A stretch of 64,000 bases of DNA from an uncultured Acidobacteriota bacterium (GTDB taxonomy: Bacteria; Acidobacteriota; Vicinamibacteria; Vicinamibacterales; 2-12-FULL-66-21), in the NCBI GenBank assembly GCA_963797715.1, contig CAWCQS010000017.1, positions 90,693 through 154,692 of the forward strand, in the 5' to 3' direction. The position numbers and the translations under genes are program-made. Of this stretch, positions 45,694 to 53,538 are shown piece after piece. Within the stretch, counting starts at the first letter, position 1. Every line of letters begins with the position of its first letter. The notes beneath the pieces were generated by a model that saw only the letters and a list, made by a program, of their open reading frames with translations, searched no databases and was not told the DNA's origin.

Positions 45694-45868
45694 TTGAGCC
45701 CTCCTCGTTTGTCTCTGTTCGTTCGTAGTGTTCGTTGAAGCCGCAACGTTACTTGGCGGCCGAGCAACTGACCCGCGATGCCATGACAGAAATTTTGCAA
45801 GCGAGGTGCCACCGAATGATCAGCTGTCCTCGATGTGGCACATCCGCACGCATGCGATCGCAGTCGTG

Positions 45869-47434
45869 TTATCGCGACGCGCGTTTCGATCGCACATCGG
45901 CGGTGCGCCGCGTCTGACGTAGATCGATTGGTTCGAGCGCTTTCTCGGCGGGCCCGGCAATCACTTCTCCCGTCGCTTGGAAGCGTGATCCGTGGCACGG
46001 ACATTCCCACGCCCCTTCAGTTGCATTCCAATGCACTTGGCAACCGAGGTGCGTGCAGGTGGGCGAAAGCGTTATCAGCTTGCCCTTCGCATTGCGATAC
46101 GCCGCGACCGCGGTGCCGTCGACGTCGACAACGGCCCCAGTCGATCGCCGGAGCGAACGCAACGAACGGCTGCTCGCGCCAGCAAAGCGATCGCGGACGA
46201 GGTAGTACGGATAGTCGACATTCTCGGTGAGGTACTTCCATGGCCCGCGAAGGGCAATGGTCCGCTCCGTGTCGAAGAGCTGCTGCCAGGGATTCTTCGC
46301 CCCCGTGATGGCGTCGCGCGCGATCATCGCCGAGAGTGTGCCGAACGTCATCCCGTTGCCTGCGAAGCCGGTGGCCACGAACTGCCGGTCGGCGACGGTG
46401 CCGATGATCGGCAAGAGGTCCGGCGTTTCGATCACCTGCCCCGACCAGCGTCCGGTGACTTCGGCGCGCGGCGCCAGGCTCTTCACCCACCGCTCGACTT
46501 CGGCGTAACACTTCTCGGGATCGTCAATCTGGCCGGTCTTGTGGTCCCCGCCGCCAGCAATGGCGAACGGCTCTCCGTCGATATGATCGATTCGCAGATA
46601 GCGATACGGCGAATTCGTATCCCAGAAAAGCCCTTCCTCAGCGGGGCGATTCAGTTTCACCCGCACGACGTAGCTCGTATACAAGGCGAGCTTGGTCTGG
46701 AGAACGGACGCAGACAGAAATCCCTGCCGGCCCGACAGCGGATTGTGGGTGGCCATCACGACCCACGGCGCGCGGATCTTGTGACGGTCAACGGTCACGC
46801 CATCCTCCGACACCTCCGCTGCGCTGTTCTCGAAGACCTGACAGCCGCCGCCGTGGAGATTCGCCAGGAGCCCACGCAGGTACCTCCGCGGATGGAACTC
46901 TGCCTGCTGCTCGACTCGCATTGCCGGTGTGCCGACGAATGGCGCCGCATCGACGTACGACGCGTCGAACTCGAGCTCCGAGGCCAGCTCCGCTTCTTGT
47001 CGAATATCCTCGGCTTCGCGATCGCGCTTTGACGCTTCAATGTCGGTTGCCACGTGCAGGAAGCCTGGCACCCACCTGAAGTCGCACTCGATGTCGAATC
47101 GATCAATCAGCTCGTCGATCTGTTGAATGGCCGCCCAGCCGGCGTCCCACACGGCTTGCGCGTGATCGCGGCCGAAGCGTGCGGAAATATCCGTCAGCCG
47201 CGCGTCAACGACCGACGTCAGGTGTGCGGTCGTGCACCCGGTATCGATACCGCCAACACTGCCCCGCTCGAGGAGCACAACGCGGCAACCGGCGTCTTTG
47301 AGCAACAACGCAGAAGTAATGCCGGTGAGTCCGGCGCCAATCACCACGACGTCTGCCTCGAGCGAACGGGTCACGGCGCCGTACGACGGCAGCTCGGTCT
47401 CGTCCCAATACGGCTTGGGTGTGATCTTCTTCAT
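45869..47434 (-). CDS. FAD-dependent oxidoreductase fused to a C-terminal Rieske [2Fe-2S] domain
   Basis: 521 aa. The FAD fingerprint is DVVVIGAGLTGITSALLLKDAGCRVVLLE. The Rieske ligands are CTHLGCQVHW ... CPCHGSRF. The start lies 8 nt after the Ku stop. Confidence 0.85.
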   Translation of the reverse strand: MKKITPKPYWDETELPSYGAVTRSLEADVVVIGAGLTGITSALLLKDAGCRVVLLERGSVGGIDTGCTTAHLTSVVDARLTDISARFGRDHAQAVWDAGWAAIQQIDELIDRFDIECDFRWVPGFLHVATDIEASKRDREAEDIRQEAELASELEFDASYVDAAPFVGTPAMRVEQQAEFHPRRYLRGLLANLHGGGCQVFENSAAEVSEDGVTVDRHKIRAPWVVMATHNPLSGRQGFLSASVLQTKLALYTSYVVRVKLNRPAEEGLFWDTNSPYRYLRIDHIDGEPFAIAGGGDHKTGQIDDPEKCYAEVERWVKSLAPRAEVTGRWSGQVIETPDLLPIIGTVADRQFVATGFAGNGMTFGTLSAMIARDAITGAKNPWQQLFDTERTIALRGPWKYLTENVDYPYYLVRDRFAGASSRSLRSLRRSTGAVVDVDGTAVAAYRNAKGKLITLSPTCTHLGCQVHWNATEGAWECPCHGSRFQATGEVIAGPAEKALEPIDLRQTRRTADVRSKRASR

Positions 47435-47442
47435 ACGTGTAT

Positions 47443-48307
47443 CTACTCAGGCGGCTTTGCCGCGTTTGCGACTGCGACCGCCCTTGCCTTTGCCTTCGCC
47501 GCCGTCGCCTTTCGAGGCATTGCGGCACTCTTCCCAGACTTGCGCGCAGCCGCCAGGCTCTCCTGAAGGCGAGACACGAGATCGACGACGTTGGTCCTCG
47601 CCGGCGGCCGGGGCAGCCGATGGCGGACAACGTCGCCTTCGGCCTTTGCCTCGATGACCCTCATGAGCGCCTTCACGTAGTCGTCCGTGTACTTACTTGG
47701 GAATCCATGGCTCTGCCATTCCCTCGATGAGCTGTTGGGCGAGCCGCATCTCCTGTGCAGAAGGCTTCGTCTTGGTCTGCACGGCCGGCAACTCAACCAG
47801 GTCCTCGGGGAACCGCATCGTCGAGACCAGTAGCCGGCCGTCGAGTGGAACCAGGGCGGCGAGGTGCTGCCGTTCGCGCATCACGTACTTGGAGACACCG
47901 GCGCGGCCCGATTTGACGAGCGCTTCACTCAGCAGCATGTACGAGTGCTCAGCACCGCTCGACGGCATGGCGAGGTACGGTGTGTCCCAGTAGCGCATGT
48001 CGATACTGTCCCGCGGCACGAACGCGAGGATCTCGATGCGGCGACTGCGCTCGAGCGCTGCGGTCTTGAAATCGTCTTCGGTCACCGTCACGAAGTGACC
48101 CTTTTCAATCTCGTAGCCTTTCACGACGTCCGCCCACGCGACCGGCTGCCCGTCCTTCTGGCAGACACGCTCCATGCTGATCGGGGAGAGATCCTTTTGG
48201 TGCAGGAGGCGGAAGTGCGGCGTGTGATCGCGCGCAGCGGTGTGAAGCTCAACGGGAATGTTCACCAACCCGAAGCTGATCAGTCCTTTCCAGATTGCGC
48301 GGGCCAT
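47443..48307 (-). pseudogene. ku: Ku (NHEJ DNA end-binding protein), one frameshift near the C-terminus
   Basis: The start is ATG 48307 (MARAIWKGLISFGLVNIPVELHTAARD...). The core is YWDTPYLAMPSSGAEHSYMLLSEAL...AGVSKYVMRERQHLAALVP. Deleting one T from the TT run at 47697..47698 joins ...GMAEPWIP to SKYTDDYVKALMRVIEAKAEG and the lysine/alanine-rich tail (ORF 47443..47796). Confidence 0.85.
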
Positions 48308-48409
48308 GCGGGCTGAAAAGCAAGAAGATGGCCGGACGTACGGCCGTGTTGGCAAGGTCCATGCGTATTGGCGTCGCGTCCAGGTGCGCGTTACTGGCCC
48401 GGCGCGTCC

Positions 48410-50701
48410 ATGAATTTCAATATCAACGACACACACACGCACCCGTCCGATCCCTGGCGCTGGCCGTTTCGCGTGGCCATCGCGGTGCTGCTGATATGCG
48501 GCGGACTCGCGGTCATGCAGTACACGCGTTTTGCCGACGCCGCAGCGCGCGTCGAACACACGCACGACGTCCTCGATTCGATCGAGCGCGTCGTCACCCG
48601 CCTGGTCGACGCCGAAACCGGGTATCGCGGCTATCTCCTGACACGAAACCGGATGTTTCTGGAGCCGTACGCCGGTGTCGACGGCGACGTCCATCAGGTG
48701 TTCGATCGGCTACAGGCACTGGTCGCAGACAACCCATCACAGACCGCGCGTGTGGGGCGACTGAAAGAACGGAGCGAGGAAAAACTGAAGGAAATGGCCA
48801 CTGTCGTGGCGCTGGCCGACGGCGGCGACCTTGCGGCGGCGGTCACGCGGCTTTCAAGCGGCAACGGCAAACGCATCATGGATGCGGTGCGTGCCGCTGC
48901 CGCCGATCTCCGGGGCGCGGAGAGCTCGCTGCTCGCGCAGCGCGCCGGTCAGGCACGGCTGGCGCGCCTGGCGGCAATGGGTTTCGCGATCATCACCGTC
49001 GTAGTGGCGGCCGCGCTGGCGCTCGTTGCCGCATCGGTGCGCCAGAACTTCGAGCGCCGCCGGCACGCCCTCCTCGAGCAGATGACCGCTCGTCAAGAGG
49101 CCGAGCGTCAGGCCTCCGAAGCATCGGCCGATCTGCAACGCAGTGAAGACTTCAACCGCAGCATCCTCGACCATTCGGGCGACTGCATCCAGGTTCTCGA
49201 ACCGGACGGCCGCATCGTCCTCACCAACCATCCGGGGTTGATCCTGATGGAGGCGGACACTGTGAGCGACCTGGAGTCGGATGGCTGGATGGCGCAGTGG
49301 ACGGCTGATGAAGCCCGCGCCCGCCATGCCGTCGCCGACGCGATCGCGAAAGGCGAAGGACGTTTCCACGCCTTCCGTCCGACGGCAAAAGGCACACCAA
49401 AATGGTGGGACGTCATCGTCACGCCGATCCGTAACGAGGCTGGCGAGACGCGACAACTCGTCACCGTGTCGCGCGACGTGACCGCGCAGAAACGGGCCGA
49501 GCAGGAACGCAGCCAGCTGCTCGCCAGCGAGCGCGCCGCGCGATCCGAGGCCGAACGCGCCGCCAGGATGAAGGACGATTTCGTGAGCACGCTTTCGCAC
49601 GAGCTGAGAACCCCGCTCAACGCGATTCTCGGCTGGATTGGCGTGCTCAGGCAGCAGCAGACGCCGGAAACGCTGGCGAAAGCCATCGACGTCATCGACC
49701 GTAACTCCCGCCGGCAGTCGCAGATGGTCGATGACTTACTCGACATGAGCCGCATCATGTCGGGCAAGTTGCGGCTCGACGTGCAGCGCCTCGATCTCGC
49801 CTCGGTGATCGAGGAAGCCATCGCATCGTCACAACCAGCCGCTGACGCCAAAGGCATTCGGCTGATAAAGACGCTCGAATCGGCGGCCATCGTCCAGGGC
49901 GATCCGGGACGATTGCAGCAGATCGTCTGGAATCTCGTCAGCAATGCCATCAAGTTCACGCCGCGCGGTGGGATGGTTCAAGTCACGCTCAGGAAGGTGA
50001 ACAGCCACATCCACATTCAGGTCAGCGACTCGGGCCAGGGCATCGCTGCCGACGTGCTGCCGCAGATCTTTCAGCGTTTCCGCCAGGGGGACAGTTCGTC
50101 GACGCGGAGATACGGCGGGCTCGGGCTCGGCCTGGCCATCGTGAAGAACCTCGTCGAGATGCACGGCGGGTCGGTCGATGCAGCAAGTGAAGGCGAAGGC
50201 ATGGGCAGCCTGTTCACGGTGCGTGTGCCGCTCGCGATGACCGGTGTCGCCATCGAGAGCCCGGACGTGCACCTGGATCTGCCGCCGGCGACGTTCGCCA
50301 ACCTGCTCGAGGATCTCAAGGTGCTCGTCCTGGACGACGAGGATGATGCACGGGACGTCGTGCAGCGCCTGCTCGAAGACGCCGGCGCGCGGGTACGAAC
50401 CGCGGCAAACGCTGCGGACGCGATGGCGATTCTCGAGAACCGTTTCGAACCCGACATCATCGTCAGCGATATCGGCATGCCCGATCAGGATGGCTACGAG
50501 TTCATGCAGCGCGTGCGGCGGATGGCCGGCGCCATCGCCGGCGTGCCGGCCGCGGCCCTGACCGCTCTTGCGCGCGTCGAGGATCGCAAGCGCGCGCTCA
50601 TGGCTGGGTATCAGACCCACCTGGCCAAGCCCGTCGATCCAGCCGAGCTCGTGGCAATGGTCGCGAGCCTGGCTGGTCGAACGGGACGACCCGTGGCGTG
50701 A
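48410..50701 (+). CDS. hybrid sensor histidine kinase / response regulator (CHASE3-PAS-HisKA-HATPase_c-REC)
   Basis: I prefer ATG 48410 (MNFNIND...); the ORF opens at TTG 48368. The CHASE3 hallmark is THDVLDSIERVVTRLVDAETGYRGYLLT. The PAS segment is SILDHSGDCIQVLEPDGRI. The H-box is FVSTLSHELRTPLNAILGW. The G2 box is GGLGLGLAIVKNLVEMHGG. The REC domain is VLVLDDEDDARD...IIVSDIGMPDQDGYEF...HLAKP. Confidence 0.85.
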   Translation: MNFNINDTHTHPSDPWRWPFRVAIAVLLICGGLAVMQYTRFADAAARVEHTHDVLDSIERVVTRLVDAETGYRGYLLTRNRMFLEPYAGVDGDVHQVFDRLQALVADNPSQTARVGRLKERSEEKLKEMATVVALADGGDLAAAVTRLSSGNGKRIMDAVRAAAADLRGAESSLLAQRAGQARLARLAAMGFAIITVVVAAALALVAASVRQNFERRRHALLEQMTARQEAERQASEASADLQRSEDFNRSILDHSGDCIQVLEPDGRIVLTNHPGLILMEADTVSDLESDGWMAQWTADEARARHAVADAIAKGEGRFHAFRPTAKGTPKWWDVIVTPIRNEAGETRQLVTVSRDVTAQKRAEQERSQLLASERAARSEAERAARMKDDFVSTLSHELRTPLNAILGWIGVLRQQQTPETLAKAIDVIDRNSRRQSQMVDDLLDMSRIMSGKLRLDVQRLDLASVIEEAIASSQPAADAKGIRLIKTLESAAIVQGDPGRLQQIVWNLVSNAIKFTPRGGMVQVTLRKVNSHIHIQVSDSGQGIAADVLPQIFQRFRQGDSSSTRRYGGLGLGLAIVKNLVEMHGGSVDAASEGEGMGSLFTVRVPLAMTGVAIESPDVHLDLPPATFANLLEDLKVLVLDDEDDARDVVQRLLEDAGARVRTAANAADAMAILENRFEPDIIVSDIGMPDQDGYEFMQRVRRMAGAIAGVPAAALTALARVEDRKRALMAGYQTHLAKPVDPAELVAMVASLAGRTGRPVA

Positions 50702-50852
50702 CGGTACCACTCGGTGGGCACGTCATTCCCACAACAGGTCATCCGCTTGCTCAAGTGGTGAGCCGAAAAGCGTATGCGAATGCTACAGCGCGTCGGCAAC
50801 GCACGAGATACGCGGGTACAAAGCCTGCACTCCTTTCTGCAGGAGCTCAACA

Positions 50853-51053
50853 ATGAAATTGCTGGGAGGCGTGCTCGTTGTTCTCGGACTCGTGGCGCTG
50901 CTCTACGGCGGTGTGTCGTGGACGCACAAGGACAAGGTCGTTGACGCCGGACCGATCGAAATCACCGCGGACAAGAAGGAGAGTATTCCAATCTCCCCCA
51001 TCGCTGGCGGTGTGATGCTAGTCGCAGGTGTAGCCCTGTTGCTAAAGCGCTGA
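50853..51053 (+). CDS. small two-TM membrane protein (DUF3185-like)
   Basis: 66 aa: MKLLGGVLVVLGLVALLYGGVSWTHKDKVVDAGPIEITADKKESIPISPIAGGVMLVAGVALLLKR. An AGGAG RBS sits at 50841..50845. It is followed by a strong hairpin. Confidence 0.6.
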   Translation: MKLLGGVLVVLGLVALLYGGVSWTHKDKVVDAGPIEITADKKESIPISPIAGGVMLVAGVALLLKR

Positions 51054-51088
51054 GGTAGTTGCGGCCAGGAGCCTCCAGAGGGGCGGGC

Positions 51089-51128
51089 GACGAGCACGCG
51101 CCGCGGTTTTGCGCGGTGCGTGCTCGTC
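51089..51128 (+). terminator. stem-loop after the small membrane protein gene
   Basis: GACGAGCACGCGCCGCG-GTTTT-GCGCGGTGCGTGCTCGTC: a 17-bp stem with one mismatch, 35 nt after the stop. There is no clear U-tract. Confidence 0.5.
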
Positions 51129-51163
51129 GGTATGGAGAGGGCGCCTGGTGCACACACCGGGCG

Positions 51164-51448
51164 TCAATGAAGAGGCCGAGTACCGTCGTGCGTTATCTGA
51201 GGCTGTACCTGGTCGCCGCGACGCTTGAGCTGACCGCCCTGGATCATCTGGTCGAGAATCGAAGCGCAGAGGTCCTGTGGCAGGCTCCACAAACGGCATC
51301 CCTGCGGCAGAGTGACGCTCAATCCGGGCATCTCACGATAGTCAGCTTCGACGCGGCGAAGCGCATCGCGACGCTCGGATTCACGCCGCGAATGCTCGGC
51401 AAGCACCGCACGCACACTCTCGCTTTGCAAAACCATCATTGTCGGCAT
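51164..51448 (-). CDS. hypothetical small protein (weakly supported)
   Basis: This is the 94-aa reading from ATG 51448 (MPTMMVLQSESVRAVLAEHSRRESERRDALRRVEADYREMPGLSVTLPQGCRLWSLPQDLCASILDQMIQGGQLKRRGD). The second half looks like a winged-helix segment. Third-position GC is lower than in neighbouring genes, and there is no clear RBS. Confidence 0.35.
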   Translation of the reverse strand: MPTMMVLQSESVRAVLAEHSRRESERRDALRRVEADYREMPGLSVTLPQGCRLWSLPQDLCASILDQMIQGGQLKRRGDQVQPQITHDGTRPLH

Positions 51449-51600
51449 GAACGTAATCGTAAGCACAGCATGGGCCACCGATCGGTGCTGTTGGTAACGG
51501 ACGTTTTCTACGGCGCTGCGTAGGAAGCGTAGCGTCGGAATACGGCCGATTCTGCACGGTGTACGGATCTTCCGTCGCAATCGCGATGTGACTCGGCATT

Positions 51601-53538
51601 GTGATTGCTCCGACCTGTAAGCTGATGCGCTCCGCTACACCAGTTCGGACCGACCGTTCGCATTCTCCGTTCGGCGCCCAGGCCCTCGAAAACGGCCACG
51701 TCGACATTCGCGTGTGGGCACCGAATGCTTCCCACGTGGAAGTCGTCATGGACGAGCTGGCGAGTCCCCTGAGGCCTCACGATGATGGCTGGTTCGAAGG
51801 TGTGGTTCGCGGCGGACCCGGCAGCCGCTATGGGTTTCAGCTCGACCGCAACCGGCGAGTCTATCCGGACCCGGCCTCGCGATTTCAGCCTGGCGGTCCT
51901 CACACGCTCTCCGAGGTGATCGACCCGACAACCTACGAATGGCGTGACGACGAGTGGGGCGGCCTGCCATTGAAGGGCCAGGTTCTCTACGAGTTGCACG
52001 TGGGCACGTTCACGACGGAGGGCACCTGGGAAGCCGCGGCACGCCATCTCGAGCGTCTGCGCACGCTCGGCGTGACGGCAATCCAGATGATGCCGCTCGC
52101 GGAGTTCGCCGGCGAGTTCGGCTGGGGCTACGACGGCGTCTGCTGGTTTGCGCCATCGCACCTCTACGGCCGGCCTGACGACCTTCGCCGGTTCATCGAT
52201 CTCGCACACGCGCACGGCATCGGCGTCGTGCTCGATGTCGTTTACAACCATCTGGGACCGGACGGCAACTACCTGGCCGTCTTCAGCAAGGACTACTTCA
52301 CCGACCGCTACGAGAACGAATGGGGTGACGCGCTCAACTTCGACGGGCCCAATGCGGCGGTGGTACGCGAGTTCGTGCTGGTGAGCGTCGAACAGTGGGT
52401 CCGCGAGTATCACGTCGATGGCTTCAGGCTCGACGCCACGCAGCAGATCTTCGACAGCTCGACAGAGCACATCATCGCCGCCATCGTCAGGCGCGCGCGT
52501 CGCGCAGCCGGCGGCCGACACGTCATCGTGGTCGGAGAGAACGAGCCCCAACACGCGGAGCTCCTTCGCGATCCGTCGGACGGCGGCAGCGGTCTCGACG
52601 GCCTGTACAACGACGACTTTCACCACTCGGCTCGTGTGGCCTTGACCGGGCTCAGGGAGGCCTATTACTCCGACTATGAAGGCAACAGCCGTGAGCTCCT
52701 GGCCGCAGTGCGACATGGTTTTCTTTTCCAGGGGCAGCACTACACGTGGCAGCAGAAGCCGAGGGGCACTCCGGCACTCGATCGGCCCGGCCGCCAGTTC
52801 CTGCACTTTCTCGAGAATCACGATCAGGTGGCGAACTCGGCCGCCGGCAAGCGGCTGTCCGAGCTGTCGTCGCCCGGCCAGCTGCGCGCGCTGACCGCGT
52901 TGCTTCTCCTCGGCCCAGCCACTCCGCACCTCTTCCAGGGTCAGGAGATCGGTTCGACGGCGCCGTTCGTGTACTTCGCGCACCACAAACCCGAAGTCGC
53001 CAACCCAATCCGGACGGGGCGGCAGGAGTTTCTCAGTCAGTTCGAGCGATTTCGAACCAAGGCCGTCGCCACTCGGCAGCCTGACCCGGCTGCGCGCTCG
53101 ACCTTCGAAAGGTGCAAGTTGACATATGACGAGACCGATCGATCGCAACAGTTCTGGCTGCTGCATCGCGATCTGCTGGCCCTGCGGCGCGACGACCGAA
53201 CGATCTCGCTGCAGGGTGAGCACGGCTTGGATGGGGCGACGCTGAACGACCAGACGTTGATTCTGCGGTTTGGCGGCGAAGCTGACGAAGACCGGATGCT
53301 CGTGGTCAATCTGGGATCCGACGTCAATCTTGCGACGCGCGCCGAGCCGCTGGTGGCGCCGCCGGCACGAACCTGCTGGCAGATTCTTTGGTCCAGCGAG
53401 GACCCTGCGTACGGGGGCAGCGGAACGCCCGCATGGACGGTGAGTCGCTGGAGCGTGCCGGGACACGCCGCTCTCCTGCTCGGCGCGTCTTCAACTGCGC
53501 GTCTCGAGGACGACCGCGGAGCAGATGGCCGCGGGTGA
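51601..53538 (+). CDS. treZ: malto-oligosyltrehalose trehalohydrolase (GH13)
   Basis: 645-aa ORF; the start may be the ATG at 51625. The motifs are FGAQALENGHVDIRVWAPNA, VLYELHVGTFTTEGTW, GVTAIQMMPLAEF.GEFGWGYDGV, GIGVVLDVVYNHLGPDGNYL, EYHVDGFRLDA and VVGENEP. Confidence 0.85.
   Translation: MIAPTCKLMRSATPVRTDRSHSPFGAQALENGHVDIRVWAPNASHVEVVMDELASPLRPHDDGWFEGVVRGGPGSRYGFQLDRNRRVYPDPASRFQPGGPHTLSEVIDPTTYEWRDDEWGGLPLKGQVLYELHVGTFTTEGTWEAAARHLERLRTLGVTAIQMMPLAEFAGEFGWGYDGVCWFAPSHLYGRPDDLRRFIDLAHAHGIGVVLDVVYNHLGPDGNYLAVFSKDYFTDRYENEWGDALNFDGPNAAVVREFVLVSVEQWVREYHVDGFRLDATQQIFDSSTEHIIAAIVRRARRAAGGRHVIVVGENEPQHAELLRDPSDGGSGLDGLYNDDFHHSARVALTGLREAYYSDYEGNSRELLAAVRHGFLFQGQHYTWQQKPRGTPALDRPGRQFLHFLENHDQVANSAAGKRLSELSSPGQLRALTALLLLGPATPHLFQGQEIGSTAPFVYFAHHKPEVANPIRTGRQEFLSQFERFRTKAVATRQPDPAARSTFERCKLTYDETDRSQQFWLLHRDLLALRRDDRTISLQGEHGLDGATLNDQTLILRFGGEADEDRMLVVNLGSDVNLATRAEPLVAPPARTCWQILWSSEDPAYGGSGTPAWTVSRWSVPGHAALLLGASSTARLEDDRGADGRG

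Noticed and set aside
45783-45917. 44-aa Cys-rich ORF (MTEILQARCHRMISCPRCGTSARMRSQSCYRD...) in the AT-richer spacer upstream of the 95-aa gene.
   Set aside because: It has no RBS, and its 3' end overlaps the FAD-Rieske gene by about 49 nt on the opposite strand. The cysteine spacing is not a convincing zinc ribbon. I keep it only as something to check with Ribo-seq.
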